Shown: in pieces, positions 37,277 to 45,424 of the stretch
Numbering within the stretch: position 1 is the stretch's first letter
Layout of the letters: every line of letters starts with the position of its first letter
DNA from: an uncultured Erysipelotrichaceae bacterium
GTDB lineage: Bacteria; Bacillota_I; Bacilli_A; RF39; UBA660
Direction: 5' to 3'
DNA: 46,394 nucleotides
Assembly: GCA_902776735.1 (NCBI GenBank)
Contig: CACYRE010000001.1
Coordinates: 1-46,394 of the forward strand
Translations under genes and position numbers: made by a program
Notes under the pieces: model-generated
What the model was told of the DNA's origin: nothing
What the model saw: only the letters and a program-made list of their open reading frames with translations
The model's database searches: none

Positions 37277-38470
37277 TTAACTATGTATTGGATTTCCACA
37301 ATATGGACAAATCTTTATATAATTTTTTAATTCTTTATAAAAATCAATTGAAGATTTAATAGCTATTTTATTAGCCTCTATTTCTATTTCAGAATAATTT
37401 ATTTCTTCATGTTTAATTTTTAAAGATTTTAATTCTATAATTTTCATTATGTCATCTCTATCTACTTTAATATGAGTCACAGGATTCAATTTAAGAGACT
37501 TTTTTTGTTCAGATATATAATTTATCTTATATTTTATTTCTTTCAATAAAAATAAATCCTGGTGATTCTGGACAGTATTTAATTTATATTTCTCTAATTT
37601 ATTTAATTCTTCCTGTATATTTGATAAATCTCCTATTATATTATGTAATTTAATAAAGTAATTTGTTAATAAAATAATTTTATCATTCAATTCTACTATA
37701 GAATTATTTAATAATTTATAATTAGTATAATCTGTTAAAGCTTTATCAAATGCAACTTTATTCAATCCTTTATTTTCTAAAAGTTTATCTCTTCTATTTT
37801 TAAGGTCTTTTAAAAGATTTAATTTAGACACTTTTGGTTGAAGCTCTATTATTTTAATACAAGCATCTATTATTGGTTTAGCATTTTCTAATTCTTCTTT
37901 ATATTTAGTTATATCTAAATCTACTGTATTTATACTACCTTGTAACATATCTATAGTTTTATTAAGATTTTGTCTATCAGATACCATAGATTTTAAAGCT
38001 TCTGATAATTTATCATTTTCTCCTGAATCTATAATAAATCTAAATGTTTCTACTCCAGATTTATCTAATAAAAATGGATAATTCATTTGGTCCCAAAAAT
38101 TTAACTGTTCCTTGTTTCCATTTAAAACTAATTCTTTTATGTTTAAAGAATTAGCTACTATTTCTGGAGTAGCCTGTCCAAATTTAGAATATTTTTCTCC
38201 ATCAACTACATAAGTTGATTCTTTTAATCCTTTTTGTAGTATTACAACATGACCATTATATTGTATACCTACTATATAATTTGATTGTCCTGACCTTATA
38301 GGAGTAGTTCCAGGTACAGTAAAAGTAGCTGCTTTTATTGCTTTTAATATACTACTTTTACCGTTGTTACTAGGACCTATAATTACATTTAATCCTGGAA
38401 TAAATTCTAAAGCTGCTTTTTTAATAATTTGATAATCTTTAATTTGAACTTGCATATTTTTATCATTCAT
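37277..38470 (-). CDS. SbcC/Rad50 N-terminal half ending in zinc hook
   Basis: IKDYQ, GLNVIIGPSNNGKSSI, Q-loop DQ..PFL, C-terminal CPYCG. Confidence 0.88.
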   Translation of the reverse strand: MNDKNMQVQIKDYQIIKKAALEFIPGLNVIIGPSNNGKSSILKAIKAATFTVPGTTPIRSGQSNYIVGIQYNGHVVILQKGLKESTYVVDGEKYSKFGQATPEIVANSLNIKELVLNGNKEQLNFWDQMNYPFLLDKSGVETFRFIIDSGENDKLSEALKSMVSDRQNLNKTIDMLQGSINTVDLDITKYKEELENAKPIIDACIKIIELQPKVSKLNLLKDLKNRRDKLLENKGLNKVAFDKALTDYTNYKLLNNSIVELNDKIILLTNYFIKLHNIIGDLSNIQEELNKLEKYKLNTVQNHQDLFLLKEIKYKINYISEQKKSLKLNPVTHIKVDRDDIMKIIELKSLKIKHEEINYSEIEIEANKIAIKSSIDFYKELKNYIKICPYCGNPIHS

Positions 38471-38496
38471 AAATAATACCTCTTAAAATATTATGA

Positions 38497-39816
38497 TTAT
38501 TTCTCTAAACTTTTTAAATAGTCTTTAATTGATTTAATAGATGAATTTACTAATTTCTTAGTAGGATTTGCTTCTACAGAAAGTTCACTATCAAATTCAG
38601 TATACAAAGATAAGTCAGCTTGATTATAATACACTGAATAAACTTGACCTGTTGAATCTACACCATACATAAAATAAACTTTAACCTTATCTCCATTTAA
38701 TTCAGTTTTTTCAACTTTAATACTTTGTAATTCTTTTGGTAAAATAGAATCTACATTTATATTATTTGAAATTGAAGTTTTTAAATATTCTGGAACTTCC
38801 GGTTGTTTTACTTTAAAAGCATCCTTAGGAATTAATTTAGATATAGTTATAAAATTTTCACCAATTAATTTCATTAATTGGTTTTCTCCTCTAAATTTAT
38901 ATTCCTGATTATTAATATACATGGAACCGTTTCCACCACCACGCATTTCTACTAATTTATGGTTTTCTCCATTATAAACTATCGGAATATCTTCTATTAC
39001 TTCTCGATAAGTTAAAGGTAAACAAATTCCTCTTCCATATAAAATATAAAAAGGAACTTTAGTATTTCCATATCCAAATCTACTTTTTATTGCTTTATAA
39101 GTTACTTTTTGACCTAAATTAGTTTTAGCAAAATCAGAACTTACTTTATTTAATAATAAAACTACATCTGATAAATAAATGCTTGCTTGTCCTCCTACAG
39201 GAGCTTCTATAGGAATATAAGTTCCTATACTCTTTGCTGTATGATTTATACATATAAAAGTTGTTTTAGTTTTCTCATCAATTGCTAAACCATTAATAGT
39301 TTTTAAAAGTATTTTTAAAGATTTAGAATCTCCACCTACTTTAGGAGTATTTGCGTCTGTACCATCTTCTTTATATAAACCACTATCTAATGCTCCTAAA
39401 CTATCTATTATTATAATATCTGCCAAATGATTATTTGCTATTTGTTGAACTAATATATTAACTCCACCACAATCATTGTTTCTAAATACAAAGAAATTTC
39501 CATTAGGGTTAGTTTTCTTACTATATACATAAGGATTAATTCCCATAGTTTCTAACATATTTGAATTGATACCACCTTCAGTATCTATATAAGCTACTTT
39601 ATATTTTTGTTCACACATTTCTCTTGCTATTTCTAAAGCTAAAGTTGATTTTCCTGTTCCAGATTCTGCTGCTATTTGAATTACACTTCCAATATTTAAA
39701 CCTTCATTAAACATTCCATTCAATACTGGATTTTTAAATGTAATTTTATCAACGTCATCTTCCAAAATATCGAACAAACCGTCTATATCTCCTATGTTAC
39801 TTATAGATTTAGCCAT
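38497..39816 (-). CDS. recA: RecA/UvsX-like recombinase with C-terminal extension
   Basis: AAESGTGKST, YIDTEG, IIIDSLGAL, FICINH, PVGGQA..Y, KSRF. Confidence 0.88.
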   Translation of the reverse strand: MAKSISNIGDIDGLFDILEDDVDKITFKNPVLNGMFNEGLNIGSVIQIAAESGTGKSTLALEIAREMCEQKYKVAYIDTEGGINSNMLETMGINPYVYSKKTNPNGNFFVFRNNDCGGVNILVQQIANNHLADIIIIDSLGALDSGLYKEDGTDANTPKVGGDSKSLKILLKTINGLAIDEKTKTTFICINHTAKSIGTYIPIEAPVGGQASIYLSDVVLLLNKVSSDFAKTNLGQKVTYKAIKSRFGYGNTKVPFYILYGRGICLPLTYREVIEDIPIVYNGENHKLVEMRGGGNGSMYINNQEYKFRGENQLMKLIGENFITISKLIPKDAFKVKQPEVPEYLKTSISNNINVDSILPKELQSIKVEKTELNGDKVKVYFMYGVDSTGQVYSVYYNQADLSLYTEFDSELSVEANPTKKLVNSSIKSIKDYLKSLEK

Positions 39817-39842
39817 ATTTTTATTCCTCCTTATAATATATA

Positions 39843-40670
39843 TTATGTTCCATGAGGTTGAATATTCATAGCTTTATTGTATATTTTTTTAGCATTTTCA
39901 TATTCTTTCTTCTTTCTAAAATAAAGCTTCTTAGCATCCTCAGTTGAAATAGTTATTTCATTAAACATTTCTAATAAATCTAAAGAATCCTCAAAATAAT
40001 TCATCTTTATAGTATTTACATGTATTTCTTTTACTTCTTTTATTACTTGATTTTCTATATTTTCTACTTCCATTTTTTCTATTGATTTAGTGTAAAGGTT
40101 TTCTATATTATCTACATTTACAAAAATAGTTCTTTTCTTTATAATAAAACCAGTTTTATCATGTTCTAATTTAATATATCCATTTGTATTTAATTTAGAT
40201 ATACTTCTTTTTACTGATTGTTCTGATAAATTTAATTCTTCTGATATTTGTTTATTACTCATTTTACAATTTAGTTTATCTATATTTTTATTTTTCTTAA
40301 AACCTAAACAATAAGCAAGTATTATTTTATCTAATTCTGTTAAATCATTATTATAAAAAATATTATAAGGAATAGAAATATAAATGCTTTTTTTATCTAC
40401 GTTATACTGATTATTATAGATATAATAAACCTCTTCATTATTATCTAAAATACCTAAAGATAAAGCTTTTTTAATCGATTCATTTATAGTATCTTTATGA
40501 TATTTTAAAAGGTTTTTAATTTTTTCTTTTAATTCTATATTTAATAAAACCTCTTTATTTTTACTTCTATGAATCATATAAAGTATTTGAGATAAAACTA
40601 TTTTTTGTTTAAGAGATAAACTCTTTTCTTCTAGTAAAAATCTATAAAGGATAATATTACTTTTTTTCAT
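39843..40670 (-). CDS. Putative replication initiator (tandem winged-HTH)
   Basis: IPYNIFYNNDLTELDKIILAY...MSNKQISEELNLSEQSVKRSISKL...GYI; adjacent to an iteron-like array. Confidence 0.6.
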   Translation of the reverse strand: MKKSNIILYRFLLEEKSLSLKQKIVLSQILYMIHRSKNKEVLLNIELKEKIKNLLKYHKDTINESIKKALSLGILDNNEEVYYIYNNQYNVDKKSIYISIPYNIFYNNDLTELDKIILAYCLGFKKNKNIDKLNCKMSNKQISEELNLSEQSVKRSISKLNTNGYIKLEHDKTGFIIKKRTIFVNVDNIENLYTKSIEKMEVENIENQVIKEVKEIHVNTIKMNYFEDSLDLLEMFNEITISTEDAKKLYFRKKKEYENAKKIYNKAMNIQPHGT

Positions 40671-40857
40671 TTAAACCTCCAATAAAAATTTAACTAAATC
40701 TCTTTATATTAATATGCAAAAAGAAGAAAAAGAGAGAGAAATCCCACGAAGTGGGTTTATTTCTCATTTATTATTAGTTTATTATTTATTTATAGGAAAA
40801 TTTGCAAAGCCCGAAAGCCTTTTATACCATGCTATACAAGTCACAAAATTTTCTCCA

Positions 40858-40942
40858 CGGAGGTACTGTTTCAGCTCAGCGGGGGTACTGTTTCAGCCCA
40901 GCGGAGGTACTGTTTCAGCTCAGCGGAGGTACTGTTTCAGCT
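40858..40942. repeat. Four 22-bp direct repeats (CGGAGGTACTGTTTCAGCTCAG), iteron-like origin candidate
   Basis: Copies at 40858, 40880 (2 substitutions), 40902 and 40924 (19 nt); head-to-tail with no spacers. Confidence 0.85.
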
Positions 40943-40970
40943 TGGAGACTTAAAAATTTGAGACCGAAAT

Positions 40971-41604
40971 TTAACCTCCGGTCTCTATCTTTTTTCCTAA
41001 TTTAGTTTCTTTTTCTTCTAGAAATTTTTCATTTATATTAATTATTTCAGCAAGCATTGGATTTGCTATACCGGTTTTCATAATGATATTTAACAAACAT
41101 TCTAATACAATAAATAAAACTATCACATTCATTAGAAGTTAACTTTCTAGGTTTTCCTTTTTTATCTTTAAGACATTGTTCTATTATATAACCATTATCT
41201 TTAAATACATCTACTATCTGGTTTATCATTTCTTTAGTATCTTTTTTACTTTCGTATTTTTTATTGATAAATTTAAGATATGGAACATTAAAAAGCCAAA
41301 TATCATTCATTATAAGATTATTATATAAATGAGTATCTAAAGCCCAGAGTTTTACTGCATACATACCAGTAACTGGAGGTATTTCCATTCCTACTAAACA
41401 ACTTACATTTATCATTTCCTTGTTTTCAGTGAGAAATAAATCTATCATTTCTTCACAAGCTTTACATATTTCTGCAAAAGCTCCATGAGCAACATCTACT
41501 GATAATTCATTAAATGTGATTGTTTTATTTGTCATATTAATAATACTAGTTCCCATTCCTTTATAAGAAGGGTCTATTCCTGCAAACATTCTATATTCTT
41601 TCAT
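40971..41604 (-). CDS. RuvC-like Holliday junction resolvase, about 210 aa with a +1 shift at CGG (41071-41073)
   Basis: AGIDPSYKGMG, GMEIP, NECDSF. The 0-frame stops at 41047 seven codons after CGG; the +1 frame adds GIANPMLAEIININEKFLEEKETKLGKKIETGG. Confidence 0.75.
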
Positions 41605-41616
41605 AAGTATATTCTC

Positions 41617-41739
41617 CTATTTATAATCATATCCAGTTATTTTCTTAAACATTTCTTTATCTTTTTCTAATTCTTCTTTAGAAGTATCTTTGAAACTAAA
41701 AATTACTATAAATATTATCGTAATTAATATAAATAGCAT
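41617..41739 (-). CDS. Small membrane protein (40 aa, not in track)
   Basis: MLFILITIIFIVIFSFKDTSKEELEKDK...; RBS AAGGAG. Confidence 0.55.
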   Translation of the reverse strand: MLFILITIIFIVIFSFKDTSKEELEKDKEMFKKITGYDYK

Positions 41740-41741
41740 TT

Positions 41742-41954
41742 TTATTTCTCCTTTTTAATTTCTTGTAACTCCTTTAAATAAGGTAAAACCCATTCACATG
41801 GAACCATAGTTATTCCATAAACATATTCTCCTATACCTACTTGATATCTATTATCTTTATTGTGGTCTAATAGATATGTATCACTCAAGTCGAAATGTTT
41901 CATTTTTTCTTCCATCTTTTCTATTAAATCATCTAAATTATTTTTATCATACAT
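41742..41954 (-). CDS. Hypothetical protein
   Basis: Likely start MYDKNN behind AGGAG. Confidence 0.55.
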   Translation of the reverse strand: MYDKNNLDDLIEKMEEKMKHFDLSDTYLLDHNKDNRYQVGIGEYVYGITMVPCEWVLPYLKELQEIKKEK

Positions 41955-41964
41955 AATAATTCTC

Positions 41965-42222
41965 CTATTCAAAATAAATTTTTGACTCTAAAATAAATCC
42001 AACTCCTCGTACAGTCCTTATTTTAATACTATGCTTTACTTGTTTTAGAAAATCACATTTTAATTTATAAATGTTAAAACTACCAGTAAATTCTTCTAAT
42101 TCTTCTCGAGTTACTATAGTTTCATTAGATAAACATATTAACATTAAGTGATGAAGTCTGGAAAGTTTTATTTCTTTCCCCTTATCTGTAGTTAAAATTT
42201 GTGAGGATGTATTATAAACCAT
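41965..42222 (-). CDS. Stand-alone OmpR/PhoB-type winged-helix DNA-binding domain
   Basis: IKLSRLHHLML..L....IVTREEL...IRTVRGVGFIL. Confidence 0.75.
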   Translation of the reverse strand: MVYNTSSQILTTDKGKEIKLSRLHHLMLICLSNETIVTREELEEFTGSFNIYKLKCDFLKQVKHSIKIRTVRGVGFILESKIYFE

Positions 42223-42286
42223 TTTTATTTCTCCCTTTTATAATTTTATTATTTACATATAAAAGTTTCTTAAAATTGATTCTGGA

Positions 42287-42736
42287 CTATTTCGTGACTA
42301 AATAAAACATTGCGTTTAATACTTCCTCTAAAGCGACTCCACTTTTTTCTTTTCTTAAAACGTATTCTCTAATAATTTCACAAGCTTGTTGGAAAGTATA
42401 TTTCTTACTAACGTTTATATTATTAAGTAATAAATAACTGTTAGAATTGAATGTTACAATCATCCATTGAATAATTATAATTTTATCTTTTTTAAAGATG
42501 TTATAGCTCTTTTGTATTTTATTTACTGATTCTAATAAAGTAGAATCGATTTTATGCTGTTCTATGATTTGTTGAAAATTATTATTAGAATCAGTTGATT
42601 TATAATCTGATAAATCATCTTGTAATTTTTTAGTTAATTTTTTTTCGTTCTTTAATTTACGATTTAAAAAATGAACTAATATAAACATAATAATCATACA
42701 AATTAATTCAATACTTTTTATTAATATACATACCAT
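42287..42736 (-). CDS. Membrane-anchored hypothetical protein
   Basis: RBS AGGAGG; N-terminal TM helix. Confidence 0.6.
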   Translation of the reverse strand: MVCILIKSIELICMIIMFILVHFLNRKLKNEKKLTKKLQDDLSDYKSTDSNNNFQQIIEQHKIDSTLLESVNKIQKSYNIFKKDKIIIIQWMIVTFNSNSYLLLNNINVSKKYTFQQACEIIREYVLRKEKSGVALEEVLNAMFYLVTK

Positions 42737-42764
42737 AATAGATACCTCCTTTAATTAAATATAT

Positions 42765-42794
42765 AAAAATAAGGAATGATATAAACCATTCCTT
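42765..42794 (-). terminator. Terminator after SSB-like gene
   Basis: AAGGAATG...CATTCCTT stem followed by ATTTTT. Confidence 0.65.
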
Positions 42795-42814
42795 TATTGT
42801 CTATAATATGATTA

Positions 42815-43888
42815 TTAAATATTAAGTCCTAAAGATTTAGGGTCTATTGATGGCTGATTTGCAAATTGAGCTGCCATTTGTTCTTGCTGCCTTTGTTCCA
42901 TAAAATATTCTTGTAATCTTTCTATAGAAATATCTTTTGAAGATTCTTTAATAGCAACATTATAAGTTTCATTAGAAAGTTTAGAACTTTCTTCTAATAT
43001 AGCTTGAGCGAACTGGCTTCTCCAAGATTTACCAGCTGTTAAATAATATTTTAAAAATCCTGTACTTTCCTTCTTTCTAGTAAGATAAATATCAAATGAA
43101 GCAGTATCTATTCCATATTCATTTTTTATTTCTTCTAATTGATTATATTCTTGTTGAGAAAGCTTAATTACTTTTAATTTAGGAACTCCTCCTGATATTA
43201 AAGTTTTACCATCAGAATGATTTACTGGATATTCTATTACTGGTAATAAAACTTTAAATCCAGCATTTTCTAATTTACTAGGGTCGTTTTTATTAGGTTG
43301 TTGACAACATATAGCTCTTACTGATGGCCATCTTTGTCCAGGTTCATAAGATGATTTACATTTAAAATATCCTAAACCTTCTCTAAAATGTTCATGTACT
43401 CCTACAGCATTATAATTGATTAATGTAATTCTAGTAGCTTCTCCTTCTTTAAGTTTTAAGAAATCTGTTTCTGTTTCATAAGTACTTTCACCTAAATTAA
43501 CAAATACTGGAGCTGCATTTAAATCTACTTGTACTGGTTGTTGATTTACTTGTTGTACTGGAGCTACAGGAACTGTCTGTGATGGTTGTACTACCTGAGC
43601 TGCAGCAAAATCATTCATTTGTTGTTGATTTACTTGTTGTGGAGTAGCTTTTTGAATTATTTGACTTTCTGTTAAATTATTTGGTACTACTGTTTGTTGA
43701 TTTACTTGTTGCTGTGTAGTAACACTTCCGAATGGAACGTTTCCTAATAAAGTATCAGCAGTCTCTATAGGTTGTGATGCTACTACTTGATTTTGATTGA
43801 TTGAACTAGCTTTGTCAGCTTCTAAATTTAAACCTTCTATCATATTTAGCTGACGTTGTAATTCATCCATTTCATCATTTTCATTCAT
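42815..43888 (-). CDS. Putative ssDNA-binding protein (gp32-like) with Q-rich N-terminal extension
   Basis: DFLKLKEGE..RITL, H.H, FKC....CC, LLPVIEY, FDI.LTR pattern of phage SSBs; strong RBS; terminator-bounded. Confidence 0.65.
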   Translation of the reverse strand: MNENDEMDELQRQLNMIEGLNLEADKASSINQNQVVASQPIETADTLLGNVPFGSVTTQQQVNQQTVVPNNLTESQIIQKATPQQVNQQQMNDFAAAQVVQPSQTVPVAPVQQVNQQPVQVDLNAAPVFVNLGESTYETETDFLKLKEGEATRITLINYNAVGVHEHFREGLGYFKCKSSYEPGQRWPSVRAICCQQPNKNDPSKLENAGFKVLLPVIEYPVNHSDGKTLISGGVPKLKVIKLSQQEYNQLEEIKNEYGIDTASFDIYLTRKKESTGFLKYYLTAGKSWRSQFAQAILEESSKLSNETYNVAIKESSKDISIERLQEYFMEQRQQEQMAAQFANQPSIDPKSLGLNI

Positions 43889-43940
43889 AATATATAACCT
43901 CCTTAAATTATCTTATATTATAATATGCTTTTATAATATA

Positions 43941-43970
43941 GAAAAGAATGTATCTACCAAATACATTCTT
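43941..43970 (-). terminator. Terminator-like hairpin
   Basis: AAGAATGTAT-TTGGTAG-ATACATTCTT followed by TT. Confidence 0.6.
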
Positions 43971-44035
43971 CTCGATTCACAACAATACGAAGAAAATAAA
44001 CATAAAACTTCATACCGTTATTATATATTATGCAA

Positions 44036-44401
44036 TTAATCTTGAGATTCTTCAGTATCTCTAGAACTATCTGATAATATTTTAATTAAACATGCTACTC
44101 CATAACTTAAAGCACCTGGGTCAGTTTCTGCCATTCTAGCAAAACATCCTAACCCAAAGTTTTCTAATCCAGTACTAAATAGATTAAAATAGAAAGCTAC
44201 GTCTTCAGGTTTAGGTTCTTCAAAATCTACTTTCTTTTCTAAAGCAATATTATTCCATAATTCCATAAAATCTATTCCATCGTCTTCAGTAATCATAGGT
44301 ATTCCATTAATAGTTTTTAACCAATATTTTAAATACTCGTTTTGTTCTATTAATAATTTTAAGTCATCAGGATTCATTTTAGGGCCTTCATTTTCTTTCA
44401 T
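44036..44401 (-). CDS. Hypothetical protein
   Basis: RBS AAAGGAG; 121 aa. Confidence 0.6.
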   Translation of the reverse strand: MKENEGPKMNPDDLKLLIEQNEYLKYWLKTINGIPMITEDDGIDFMELWNNIALEKKVDFEEPKPEDVAFYFNLFSTGLENFGLGCFARMAETDPGALSYGVACLIKILSDSSRDTEESQD

Positions 44402-44416
44402 AATATAAACTCCTTT

Positions 44417-44698
44417 CTATAAAGTTTCAAATTCTTTCATACTCATTATAGCTATCACATCTTGTCTATTTACAAAATAAGTATTAAGATAGGGTAATTT
44501 ACTTACTCTTTTAAAAAGTATAACTGTATTATGAATATCTGGACTAATAACACTTAGTTCGTCTAGTATATTCTTATGAGCATTTATTACTTTTCCAAAC
44601 ATATATGGAGAACTATCATCATATTTTTGTAATAAACCGTCTACTGTTATATCTTTTTGAAGTTCTTTTACTTGAATATAATCACCAGTAATTATCAT
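44417..44698 (-). CDS. GroES-like co-chaperonin
   Basis: 93 aa; GDYIQVK...TVDGLL...GKVI...VILF...YFV...DVIAI parallels GroES (L.DRV.V...T.GGI...G.V...D.V.F...Y.I...DILA). Confidence 0.65.
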   Translation of the reverse strand: MIITGDYIQVKELQKDITVDGLLQKYDDSSPYMFGKVINAHKNILDELSVISPDIHNTVILFKRVSKLPYLNTYFVNRQDVIAIMSMKEFETL

Positions 44699-45387
44699 AC
44701 TGTTGCACCTCCTAATATATTATTTTGAGTCATATATTTTTTATAATCATCTATAACTTTTTTAACTTCATCGTTTTCTAATTCTTTATTATTAGAAGAA
44801 TTAAATAAAACTCCTCTAAAAGAATTTATATTTAACTTTTTATTATCACTAAAATCATAATAATATTTTGTTAAATTTCTATAATTAAATGGGTGAATTT
44901 CCTCTTCAGTTCCATATTGTATTTTCATATAAATTTGGTCATTGTTTGTATTATCTATTCTAGATAATATAGAGTTAATTTCAACAGATTCTTCAATTTG
45001 ATTTAAATCTCTTTCATCTATTAAGGTATCTCCTAATGTTTCTGAATCATTATTACGATACACTGGTCTATCTAATGAATCAACCTCTAAAATAGTTTTT
45101 TGTACTCCAATTTTTCTAAATTGATAAGCTAATTGATTTCTTAATTCCATGTGAACTAAATTTTTAAAATGTGCTAAACTTAAACTTTTATAATATTTAA
45201 GTCCTTTTTTACCTCTAGAATCTTTATCAAGAGCATAGGTAAAAAAATTATTTATTCCGTCATCTACACTTTGAAAGTTATTAGCTCTCGTATTTTTTGA
45301 GTATTCTATCTCAGCAATTTGTTTTACTAATTCATAGGTTTCTTCATCTGTTAATTCAATAGGGTCTTTATCATTAAACATTCTCAT
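44695..45387 (-). CDS. Divergent sigma factor-like protein
   Basis: SLDRPVY....ETLGDTLID matches the sigma region 3.2 finger. Confidence 0.5.
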   Translation of the reverse strand: MRMFNDKDPIELTDEETYELVKQIAEIEYSKNTRANNFQSVDDGINNFFTYALDKDSRGKKGLKYYKSLSLAHFKNLVHMELRNQLAYQFRKIGVQKTILEVDSLDRPVYRNNDSETLGDTLIDERDLNQIEESVEINSILSRIDNTNNDQIYMKIQYGTEEEIHPFNYRNLTKYYYDFSDNKKLNINSFRGVLFNSSNNKELENDEVKKVIDDYKKYMTQNNILGGATV

Positions 45388-45424
45388 AGTTAAATTTCTC
45401 CTTCACCATTTATTTTTTAGAATA

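Noticed and set aside
37260-37299. Frameshift joining SbcC N-half and the middle coiled-coil ORF
   Set aside because: No CGG or slippery heptamer, and the downstream ORF has its own RBS and ATG at 37260.
40858-40942. CRISPR array
   Set aside because: The repeats are contiguous with no unique spacers and no cas genes; an iteron or tandem repeat fits better.
40714-41005. Plus-strand ORFs 40714..40953 and 40802..41005
   Set aside because: Kept open by the GC-rich 22-bp repeats; no RBS; opposite to the uniform gene orientation.
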